DNA from: Fimbriosthenelais zetlandica
Lineage: Eukaryota
Length of the DNA stretch: 64,000 nt
NCBI GenBank assembly: GCA_977030845.1
Contig: OZ365113.1
Location: 37,572,001-37,636,000 of the forward strand
Direction of reading: 5' to 3'
How positions within the stretch are numbered: the stretch's first letter is position 1; every line of letters begins with the position of its first letter. The notes below the pieces were generated by a model. It had not been told where the DNA came from, did no database searches, and saw only the letters and a program-made list of their open reading frames with translations. A program made the translations under genes and the position numbers. This document shows, piece by piece, positions 53,481 to 64,000 of this stretch.

Positions 53481-56027
53481 AGGTCAAAATGATCTTCATG
53501 ATAATCTCCCATGGATTCATTCAACTAGACCCTATATTATCAATTCCTATCTACATGCTAGATTCCTGCGAAATGCAATGGAATAGGAATTAAATATGCT
53601 CTGATCACAAGAATCTGGCATGTCAGATGGTATAATATGAACAAGTAAACTTAAAATGACTGTCATTCCAAAACTACATCCGACGAATTAAACAATTTGG
53701 AAATGGATTTTTCCTAGTTTCTCAAGATACACCATGGAACAAAATAATTGATGACTGTCAAGGTGTGGAAGATAAGCTAGGTGTAGGCTACTAAGAATGA
53801 AAATGAATACATGTACAACATAGTTTCTCCATGAAAGTCCGATGGTATGCTAAATTGTCAATAGCAGGGGTTCATATTGAGAATTATAGCATGAGGAAGA
53901 TTCTAGAAGCCACTTGGAATATGACTATGAAAATATCGATCAATGGGAAGGTTTCACTAACTAGATATCCATTTTGAAATCATAGCATTGTTCAATGGAA
54001 TCAATGTCTTCGTCCAAATAGCTTGCGGAATTTAGAGTATTATTTTGCTGGTTCACTCGTTTGGTTCAAATTAAGTTATGCAAGGAAGTCTTAATTTATT
54101 TCAGTTTCTTTGAATGGCAATTATTGATTAAAGGGTATTAAACCTGAACCCTGCTATGGTGAGGCCTGACTTTCTTCAGGAAAGCGATATAATCTAAACT
54201 TATTATATTATAGGTAAACGTATATATATGTATGTTCGTGACACGAGAATTCACCACAATATTGTTTTCCAACTATGTCCCCGAATTTGTAATGAATGTA
54301 ATATTTTATATTCAATAAAGGGAGTGGAAAAGTGTCAAAGTGTTTCGTTTTTATTATATATAAACCTCATAGGCCTAATCCCGTATTATTATGTATGAGC
54401 ATTTCCATCATTTTGTCGACATTTAGCCATTTTAGGTGGGGCAGTGTCAAATAGGCCCCCTAGCGGCATGCAAAAACGTAGGATTATACCAATAAAAATC
54501 AATATTATCTAATATTTTAAAAGTAGGAGTGATATTTCTGAGAAAATAGTGTCGAACAAATGCAAAATTCACCCGGGGCGGGAGGCAGCCATTATTTTGT
54601 GAGGTGAAAACGCCGGGGGTAGGGGCGGGGGTAGGAGAGGGCGGTGGGGGGGAGGGGGCAACAATTTTCCCAACCTAGGTTAATTTCATATTTTTGTTCC
54701 TCCTTCCAACACATAAAATGTGTGTTTAATTTTGGTTTTATGTTGTTTTTAAGCTATATTTAAGGTGGCGCTGTCTTTCCTGAATGTTCAGTAGTATTGG
54801 GCTTCAACAAGTATGAATAATAGGTGTATGACATAGTCAGAAGTGGTCAGAAATGGAGCAAAAGTTTGTAGCGCTAGGTGGCCCTGTGAAAATAATTAGG
54901 CTAAATTAGGCTAACTTTGCAGGAAGAGCATGGATACCAGTGAACATAATATTAGTGTGTTTGTGGCAATAAGCTATGTGGGGATTGGCCTAATTTCCAT
55001 ATGTACATTTTACTTGGCCTATATCGGCTTTTATGTATCCCTTAAGTGGCGTCAACTAATGGTGACATAGCGTCACCTTACGGTGACACATTCATTTCCT
55101 GTCCTTGCTGCTTACAGAGGCATTAATTAACTTGCATTGATATGTTAAAATATTAGTCCTAGGACATGCTTAGTGCTGATATAAAATAGCTTAAATGGAT
55201 CAATGGGAAGGTCATATACTGGGCATAAACATCTCCGTCACCTTACGGGGACAAAACTGCCCCAAGGCACTATAATGATGTCTAACTAAAAATTAAGAAG
55301 ATCCTTACCCATATATTCCATTCCAGTAGATGTGTTGGCTTGGTAACTCCACTACAGTCTGTGGGTAGATGGAGGGAAAAATAGTATAGTGGATGTTGTA
55401 AAATCTAGAAGATACTTTTCAAGCAGAACGTCTGACCTTAATTTTATGGCGACGAAACTGTACAGGCTCGTGAAAATATATAGGCTACTCTGCCCTACAA
55501 AAGAGAGTACATCCCACTAGATGTAGGCTACTACAAAGTCAGTGTGCCATATGTCGAGGGACTACGGAGTCAGTGTGCGATATGGAGGGGAAGGATGTTG
55601 TGCAAACAGAATCAGGGAAATATATTCTGACTGCTGATAGCATAGAGATAACATACAAAACTATTAATTCGGAGCTAATAGTGTTCGCTATACTTTCATC
55701 TGTTGGATGGTAGAACAGGCTCCATCTGGCTCCATATAGTTGGTTTATAACACAAGTGCAATACACAATATACCCCGAGTAGGCCTACATCAAGTGTCAG
55801 TCATGTTGTAGACATATAAATAACATATATGCAGGTACAAGACGAAACCCTGTAAGTATACTCTGTATTTATAGAATACTTCATATCCAATAATTCTAAA
55901 TCATATATAATTGTCATCCTTGCTGTTAGCATTAATCTCAATGATTTATAAACACTTAAATCATTATTTCAGTTGCTACAAAACACATCCTATACCCCTA
56001 CTACAAGTTATCGGAAAAGGATAAACT

Positions 56028-58346
56028 ATGGCCACTTCAACAGCAGGCCTAACAGTGCCTACAGTAGACATAACATCCGAAGGATCCACGGATTTCTTGC
56101 CAATTGGTGCTGAAGAAATTTTCACTCACACAGATCTTATATCTGGTTATAATCTACTCCCATTTTCCTCCCTCCTTCAGAAATTCCTTTCCGCTAAAAG
56201 CTTAGAAGAATCATTTCAGCGTGTTAAAAATAAAGAAGCAAGCTTTATAGCCCGTGCTTTAGAAAATGAGAAGGTGATCTTGCCCACCGGTAGTTATGTT
56301 GAAGGATTTGCAGTTCCACAAACAGTGAATCTTGGTGAGAATAAGAGAGGAGAGAATACAGAAATTAGTGACACAGATCTCGATGTCATGGTCATTGTGA
56401 ACAGGGATGTTTTTGATTTTACTCAGGACAAGGATGGGACCCTGGAACGTTGGCAGATACTTCTTGAAGATGATCTCAATTTCCCTGGGTATGTCCATCT
56501 ACGACCTTATGGAGCAGAGGAAATATGGGGCTCAGAACTGCTAACATATGTAAAAGGAAAGGCATACTTCAGTTCTGAGAGCTTCAAGCAGCTTGCATTG
56601 AGGGATACTTCGATGGGGGTTCTAAATGCTGCCAGCTTTACCAAAGATATCGTAGGGCCAGCCATTAAGACATTGTATAAGAAAACTGAAGGTTGGGGGA
56701 AGTACTGTGAGAATGAATTTGACATGGTATATGCCTTTGAGATTAAATTTTGGCCAAATATCGCCAAAACATGGCAGTCCAGGAAGCGCTGCTTTGACTG
56801 GCCAAGCACTAAACTAGTGGACGCCATTGTGTCGGGGGGATGCCATATTGTGAATATTGGACATCCCCAGAGTGATCATCCATATATCCTCTTCAGGCTT
56901 TCCTTCTCTCTTGCTGAAAGAATGTTAGCCCATAGCGTCAATATGACACAGAGGCAAGCTTACATCCTGTTGAAAATACTCAGAACACATGCCTTTCTAG
57001 AGCCTAAAGTCCTTTCATCTTACCACCTGAAAAACATTCTCTTTTGGGCATGTGAAGAGCTTCCCATGAGTTTCTGGAATCCTGACAACCTGGGAAAATG
57101 TCTGCTTTATTTGATCGATCGACTAATCAAGTGCCTGGTTCAAGGGAGAATCCCAAATTACTTTGTGGAGAAAAATAACTTATTGGCTGGGCGTTCGCGA
57201 CTGCACATTACCACGATGTGCAAGAAGGTAGTGCACATGAGAAAGAATGTCATGGCATATCTCTTAGATTATAACAGCGTCAATCGCTTCCATTGGGGGC
57301 CTATCTATACCCCATTTGAAGAATCCTTCAAACCAATGCTTTGTATTCTTTTTAAGACTGGAATATCAAGGAAGGAATTCCTTGTATCCCAATCCGAAGT
57401 TACCGAGAATCTAGCTTTTCATTTCTTGTCAGATATGCATCAATTGGAAGAGGAGGAAGAAAAGCTTGAACCAGAACAAATGAAAGATATAAGGAAAGAA
57501 AGATTTGATAAAATCTTGTCGTTACTCCACAAAAGCTGGACGCTTAAAAGATTCTACCTGCAGCAGGTGGCCGGCCCTTTCATGGAGTTTTTCCTTCAGA
57601 AGTTGGAAGGATACAAAATTAGTAAGGCATTGGTCATCCGATTTTTGTTATTCGTAGAAAGCAGCATCGAAAAGAAACAGATGGCCATGAATTTGTACTG
57701 GTATTTGGGAATAGTATTCCACCGCCTGTCAACTAAGATCAAGCCGGATGAAGACCAAGATGGTTCAATCAGGGAGGAAACCGAGACAAACGCTGGGATT
57801 TCGTTCACCAAGGCCATGGATTTAGACAAAGTAACCCCTCCCATCTGTGTAGACTTCGGCAATTTCCTATGTCAGACTAAACAGTTTCAGTATGCTCTTG
57901 ATCCCCTGCTCAAGACCATTGAGTTGGATGGGGAAACAATGAACGACATCAATTTGTACTCGCAGAAGGATATTGGCATAGTTGGGGATCACATTTCACA
58001 CATTTTAGAAACTGGCAGCAGTTTATTCAGGATCCACTCTGTCATTCATGCCCACTTCCTACTAGCAAAGTGCTATCGGGTGCTTGAAAAAAATAATCCA
58101 GACAAGAGTCTTCTCCCGATGAATTTTTACAAGTTTCGAAAAGCAAACGAGAGCCTGTGTGAGAAAGATGATGTTGGGGTCGACCTGAAGGCTAATAGTT
58201 GTTATTTGCTGGGCTTTGCTCAATATCAAATGCGAAGGTACACTCCAAGCAAGAAGTATCTGACGATGGCTCAAGACTTTCAACCTGGACACCGTGGATC
58301 AATTTGGTTGTTAAAGCATATAGAAACTTTGGTAAGCCCGGATTAA
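56028..58346 (+). CDS. Mab-21-domain nucleotidyltransferase (cGAS-like receptor, cGLR) with C-terminal TPR-like helical region, 772 aa, intronless CDS
   Basis: NTase motif GSYVEG...SDTDLDVM, a third acidic residue in FDMVYAF, WP.IAKTW..R.R..DWPS, GCHIV, FRLSFSLAERML, SSYHLKNILFW, IPNYFVEKNNLL. C-terminal helices (FGNFLCQTKQFQYAL; YLLGFAQYQMRRY...AQDFQPGH) resemble TPRs. Confidence 0.88.
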   Translation: MATSTAGLTVPTVDITSEGSTDFLPIGAEEIFTHTDLISGYNLLPFSSLLQKFLSAKSLEESFQRVKNKEASFIARALENEKVILPTGSYVEGFAVPQTVNLGENKRGENTEISDTDLDVMVIVNRDVFDFTQDKDGTLERWQILLEDDLNFPGYVHLRPYGAEEIWGSELLTYVKGKAYFSSESFKQLALRDTSMGVLNAASFTKDIVGPAIKTLYKKTEGWGKYCENEFDMVYAFEIKFWPNIAKTWQSRKRCFDWPSTKLVDAIVSGGCHIVNIGHPQSDHPYILFRLSFSLAERMLAHSVNMTQRQAYILLKILRTHAFLEPKVLSSYHLKNILFWACEELPMSFWNPDNLGKCLLYLIDRLIKCLVQGRIPNYFVEKNNLLAGRSRLHITTMCKKVVHMRKNVMAYLLDYNSVNRFHWGPIYTPFEESFKPMLCILFKTGISRKEFLVSQSEVTENLAFHFLSDMHQLEEEEEKLEPEQMKDIRKERFDKILSLLHKSWTLKRFYLQQVAGPFMEFFLQKLEGYKISKALVIRFLLFVESSIEKKQMAMNLYWYLGIVFHRLSTKIKPDEDQDGSIREETETNAGISFTKAMDLDKVTPPICVDFGNFLCQTKQFQYALDPLLKTIELDGETMNDINLYSQKDIGIVGDHISHILETGSSLFRIHSVIHAHFLLAKCYRVLEKNNPDKSLLPMNFYKFRKANESLCEKDDVGVDLKANSCYLLGFAQYQMRRYTPSKKYLTMAQDFQPGHRGSIWLLKHIETLVSPD

Positions 58347-58487
58347 CGAAAATTATCTGAGTCACTCTTATAACAGTGACCACATAACATTGCTCCGCTT
58401 CACTTCAAATTAGATATTGCAATAGAAGAAGAGTCGTGTTGTAATGTATAATGTTATTTCAGTTGGAAAATAAATCCTTATTGAAAA

Positions 58488-58590
58488 TGGCATTGTCCTG
58501 AAAGTAAAATCTTATTGGTCAATAAAATTGACAAAGAATTGCATTGTCCTGAAAGTAAAATCTTCTTATTTGACAAAGAATTGCATTGAG
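58488..58590 (+). repeat. Short tandem duplication (~51-bp period) between the convergent cGLR and FAM217-like stop codons
   Basis: gcattgtcctgaaagtaaaatctt...ttgacaaagaatt occurs twice, followed by gcattg. Confidence 0.8.
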
Positions 58591-58794
58591 ATGAATTTTA
58601 TTTTTAACAAACCCATGAGTTTGAGTTATCATATGCAATACAAAAGTGATTAAATTCACCTTTCAAAGATCAATTTCAACACATTACATGAAGTTTGGAC
58701 AATAAATATGTATAGTAACCAGGTATTTCCTCCTGTAAGAAATAAGAAATAAAATTTCACAGGACGCTATAGAAATAATAGAATAAAATGTTTA

Positions 58795-61700
58795 TCATGA
58801 TTTGCCATCTGTTTTGGAAGTCCTCTTAGAGGACTTTAGTCGCTTCTTAGCAGATTTCAATCGCATTTCTTTAGCAATGTCCGTGAGTGAATGTCTACGT
58901 TGGGAAAAGAAACTTTTCCCTGGGAGCTGACTGGATCTCCCTCTCAATTTCCTTCTGTTACTGGAGTTAGCAGAACGATCACCTGCTATGTTTTCAGGCT
59001 GATTATCAATACCCAGCCTTTCAAACTCTTCCTCTACATTGTGATTCAGGGAGCCTGATTTACACCTTAGATCCTTCATGGGGCGAGTCCCATTCTGACC
59101 ACTACTGAATGTGGAATAGCTGGATTTAGGCCTTCCTAGAATGATATTATTAGCATTGTTCACTTTGGCTGGATTTTTATGAGTGCATGATATACATGAT
59201 TTAGGCCTGAATCTCAGGGGTTTCTTTGTTTCCTCCTCCGCCACCACCCTGGTTTGCCGACTCCGAGCATCATAAGCCGATTCACAACACTTCCCATTGC
59301 AGGATTTCTCAGCACAAATGAGACAATTGGAGGAGCCCAGTCGTTGTAGTGCACTTTTCTTACCGGGACAGTCGCCTACACACGCCACCTGTAGGCAATC
59401 AGGACAACATTTCCTGTCATTTTGTTTAGCACTTGGTTGTCGAAGTGTAACCCCGATTCTTGACCGGGCTCGAATGTGGGCACTTCGCAATCGATCCCGT
59501 CTCAAATTCTCTATTTCTTTAGTTTTACGCTGCAATTTCTCCAGTTCAAGTAACCTGTCGACGATTTTCTCCTCGGTATCATCTTTAGCAGGACCTTTGG
59601 CAAAGAATTTCCAACTTTTATCGCTGTAGCTGACTTGATGGAGATCTAAGGCCATGAGGTTCGGTGAAAGGGCGTCTTTAAACTCAAAAGGTATTTTCTC
59701 ACATTTGTTAGGATCAAAATCATAGCGCCGTCTGTCATGTCGCTCATCAGGGACGTAAATAGCATCAAGCTGTTCTGGTCTGAGGTTGAGTTTGGGCAGA
59801 TCTGCCATCCTGATATCTTCTAGTTTGGGTTCAGGTATTCGTTCATCATCAGAATCATTAGAATCCTGGTCTGCATCATCATCATCATCTTCATCATCAT
59901 CTCCCTCCCCATCACTATCCTTATCTGTACCTATACCACTGGTACTATCAGTGTCCCTCTTTGCAGAAGATGGCGACGGTTCTTGTCTCTGATCATCTTC
60001 CGAGGTTCCATTATTATCTGGGGATGACTTATCACTTTTCCTCTGGTAGGAATAGTCCTCGGGGTAGCAAACAGGTCTCGCCCCATACACTGAGAGAGGT
60101 CTGGGACCTGTTGAGAGTTGGTAGACTATTTCTGGTGTGAGTGTGTCATACTGACCCTGGTACCCGTCTCCTGGCCCTGTAATCTCTGTAGCAGCAGGAA
60201 CCCTGGACATGCGCATACTCTGTAATGGCGCCCGGGCATTTTGTACCCCGGCAGTTTGAGCGGCACTAGAATCGACTTGTGCTTGTGCTCCATATGAGTC
60301 TATGTAGTACGCTGATGGGTCAGCTATAGAGGCAGGGTCTCTATAACTACCGTCAATATCTTTAGGACTTGTAATATGTCTTGGTCTCTCCTGTGGATAT
60401 GATCCCTGATGTGAATAGGATGCAGGATACTGAATACCATTCCCCGCTGGATCAGGACCAGTTACTGAATGTGGACGTGATAAGGGTCTACCATTGGTCA
60501 ACTTCCGTCCATTTGTACCAGAGGGTGGTCGACTGCAAAATAAGGAATAGTTAACGCGGAAGCTTCACTGGATTTTCTACTGCAATTGTAACTGCATATG
60601 GCCTTGCAGTTATTACAAAGTAACGATACTGAAAGTTAAACTGAACTTAGTATTTTTAAATGGGGATATTTCATTTCACATGCCTTGAGATTCGTTGCTC
60701 AGATCTGGCACTGGTAGAACTTGAAGGCCTGCTAGACAAGCTAGGTGTTCTTGAACCACTGCCTTCTCCTGGGTCCTTCAACCCTTCATAGGGTCGCCAT
60801 TTCTTCTCCTGGAAGGCCTGAAAACTTGTGGCCAGTTGACTACGGTGAATTACTGGAGTTGTCTCACCCTGAGTGTTTACGATATATTTCTGAAAAATGA
60901 GAAGATTCATATGTGACCATTGCCTAAATAAAATAGCTCATTTTCAGTTTGACGAGTCAATATTTCAGGGGATAGAAAGTTCTGCAACATCTTAATTTAT
61001 ATTTAATGCTATACTTTACAATTTGCCCCTGCTCTTTGATAATGAACAGGATAAAATAATTTATTGCAATACTCTTTAATATATATGGATATTCAAGATC
61101 AAGGTATTTTCTCAGCATCATTCTGCAGTAAATGTTAGTAATGACACAGGCAATGCTGAAAGCTAAAGCACAACGTTAGCAATCCAAATACAAAGACTCA
61201 AACTGAGTCAAACGGTTAGGCAATTCACAAAATGTCAATATGGAAAACGGAACTGCACAATCAATTAAAAATTAAAACAAAACAAATTGGAAGCGCAGAA
61301 GAGTTAATCCAGAAGTTCAAAAGACGCCTGCTGACCTGGTTAGAAATGTCATTACATGGTTAGAGGCTTAATGTGCACCTCCTTGTGCTCATAAGGATTG
61401 GTGATGATTAAATGCTATTTTCTATAAAAACTAAAATCAAAATCATTCCCAGATTAAAAATAAAATCCAGTTTCTTAATAAGAAAGAAATTAATAATGAG
61501 TATCTAGATATACATATAGTTAACTAAATAAATAAAGAGTAAATGAACAATAAAATGAAGAATAAAATGAATTTAACCCCAGTAACGTAATATTCATTTC
61601 TCTCATGTAATTTTAGTGTGTTTTTGGATTAATGTATGATGTCAGTCAATCTTCTGTTTCAAACCACGGTTAAAGTGCATCTGGCTACCTGCGGTGGGAA

Positions 61701-63314
61701 TAAGTTTGGTATTGCATAAACACCACAGCGCGCAAGCATTCTGGAGCCGGCAGGTGGAAGCAAGTATACCCCTTGTTTAGACGGGAGACTGGGCACCATT
61801 CTCCCCTCATACGTCATCATCATGTCAGCTTGTCTTGAAGTGCCAGAAGCGGTGCTAGATGGACTGGTGGATTCTTCCTAAAGAAAGGGTTCAATCAAGA
61901 ATAGCCGTAAGAAAGGAAATTAATGCCTTGACGTAAAATCCATTTTTAATGGGACTGAAATGAAGGTGCCTTGTAAAGCAATTTTGGGCCTAGATGTGAT
62001 AAAGGGGAGACAAATTAAAGGAAAGTATAGGGTAAAATGTACTAAAGAAGTTCAGATGAAATGATGCATAAATATTCCCAAATAGAAGATGGCAATAGAT
62101 GTCCCGATACTCAAGATGCCACATATATTCCCAAGCAAAGATATTCAGCCCTTATTTTAGATCATGACTTTTGTCATAAATCTATTATCGGTCTGATCTA
62201 CGAGCAAATGTATCTGAAATATGAAAAATAGCATGAGAGGGGATGGAAATTAAGAGATTATAATTCATTCTGAGATAAGAAACTTGAATAAACCCACCTT
62301 GAAGCCACTACCCCTCTGACGTACTGTGGTTGAATATCCAGGGTCTTTCACTTGACTGTTGAAACGTCGGTAGTCCGACTAGAGATCAAGAAAATAAACA
62401 GAGAAAGTTTAAAAAAGATGGAATTTTGTAACTAATATTTGTATTTGGCAGCTGCATATAGATCATGGGTATGGGTTCATTGATATGAAAAATTAATGAA
62501 ATATTTGCATCAAATGTCAATAAACGTTTCAGAATTGACTGATGATTGTAAATGTAGCTCATATTTACTGCTTTTATTGGATGCTGATCGATTATTTATA
62601 AGATATATCTGTAATTCTTAGCACAAATGCCTCTTCGATTTTGCTAATTCTTGCTGGAATTGACATAACAATGGTCATCAATGCAATGTAAACGGAGCAG
62701 TGAAGGCAATGTTGAATAATTCAGTGCCTGCCTCCCGGAGACAGGGATATTTTAGATGCAGAATCCAAACTACTAATGAATTATGAACTGACGTTTACAT
62801 GTATGGAAAACAGATCAGCAATGATAGAGTCCCTGTTTATAAATAATTCACTGTATAGAAAGCAAGAATAGCTTTTATATTCTCAGAAGACCAAATGATT
62901 CATAGTTCCTAGGAGTAAAAGCTATTAGATTAAAGAGTGTGATTTATAGGCCCAACTCTAATAATAGAAAACATTGAAGCATTTAGGATGATAAGGTTAT
63001 TTCCCATCATTGTGTAGCAGAAGCAGCACCCATGCTATAGCTACAAATGACTGATTCCTCTAATGTCTTAGTTGTATAGGTTTCCATACAACCTGCACTG
63101 AACCGGTACACAAATCTGTTACCATGGCAACGCATCAATAGCACTGATCACAAAGGTAATTTTGAAACCAAGGCGCTTTGGGAATAGCTAGGGCTGTCAA
63201 AAGGCACTTGACAGCAGCAGAAATGATCATGTCAGAAAAGGTAGAAAAAGCAATATGAAAATCTCTGGATGTTAGCTCAAATCCTTACCTGTGTCAACTT
63301 GTATTGTGGTCCAT
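58795..63314 (-). CDS. FAM217-like protein, partial gene model (5' end unresolved)
   Basis: Exons 63314-63289 (26-nt microexon, tentative), 62378-62298, 61877-61689, 60889-60684, 60532-58795; phases are consistent. The segment SDDERIPEP...LPKLNLRPEQLDAIY...KIVDRLLELEKLQRKTKEIE matches the recalled FAM217 core (SDSERIP..PDLNLRAEEIDPVY...YIDRLIQLEWLQ). An acidic tract, Cys clusters and a basic C-terminus are also present. Confidence 0.65.
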
Positions 63315-64000
63315 CTGAAATCATAAAATAGAACCATTCTTAACTTGGCTTCTCCTGGATGAGCAAGTATGATCCAGCCAATATATATTATAGCATTGTA
63401 ATTAGCAAATATAATGACCAGGGTATAGATCCACAGTTTTTGGGAGCCATCCCTGCTCTGGATGAGTTTCAGTACTGTCCCTGCAATAGCAGGAGGCAGA
63501 GTGTGACTCGGTCACTGACTGTCTGGTATTGGGGCCTATTTGCAGTGCTAGAGAGACAGACTTAGAAGGCAGGTGATCAGCAGCACTTTATACATCAATG
63601 AGAAGCGTCTACTTCATGTATTTATAACATGCTTCACTACCGTATCCATCAAGTCGGCAGGACAACATTCACACAGGATATGCAACCATCAATAATTTTA
63701 GGCTAAGAGAAATGTTTTTTTTTTCCAGCCAAGCAGCCAAGAATCAATATATTTTACAAGTGTTATTGACTGCAAGCTGCTATGCAAAACATGTATTACT
63801 TTATGAATAACATAATGAAGTTATAACAGAAATGATATTGATTGACAATTTGAAATTTGTCAATCCACTCTAAATTAAATGACAAACACTAGTTCCCGCC
63901 ATGCGTCCAATATGGTAATCGATTGAAGGGTATATTAATAATCTAATCAAATGATGCAAAATAAAGCATCTATGACCTTACCTACCACAGTAAGCTATAC

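Noticed and set aside
54420-55270. Defined transposon (taggccccctagcggc, gtagcgctaggtggcc and gtcaccttacgg motifs)
   Set aside because: It looks like a decayed DNA-element remnant, but no termini, TSD or second copy could be established in this window.
63982-64000. Next upstream coding exon of the FAM217-like gene
   Set aside because: A donor (tag/gtaagg) is present, but the phase needed by the 26-nt microexon contains a stop. It may be UTR, or the model may lack an exon.

Overview
Intron-rich, AT-rich invertebrate (metazoan) genomic DNA. Genes reconstructed by hand from splice sites and reading-frame phase: the 3' tail of an upstream basic protein (+, ends 273); PECR (-, 8 exons, ends in PTS1 SKL); mitochondrial DECR1 (-); PDPR (+, 18 coding exon positions, head-to-head with DECR1); two tandem secreted YHYH-domain paralogs (+); an intronless DUF229 gene (-); an N-acylated globin X/neuroglobin-like gene (+); an intronless Mab-21/cGAS-like receptor with a TPR-like tail (+); and a FAM217-like gene (-, 5' end unresolved). 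The most striking signal is a set of tandemly duplicated, splice-competent alternative exons in two neighbouring mitochondrial enzymes. DECR1 exon 7 has 2 copies. PDPR exon 3 has 2, exon 11 has 3 and exon 12 has 3, allowing up to 18 isoforms, and one exon-3 variant lacks the His used for covalent FAD attachment in this family. The 29.8-39.8 kb interval is a composite repeat landscape: a ~700-bp unit with G-rich tracts and tRNA-like heads, a ~1.9-kb palindrome, and a 2050-bp tandem duplication with a templated 112-bp junction insert. Several MITE families and a minisatellite are also present. All family names come from recalled motifs, not database searches.
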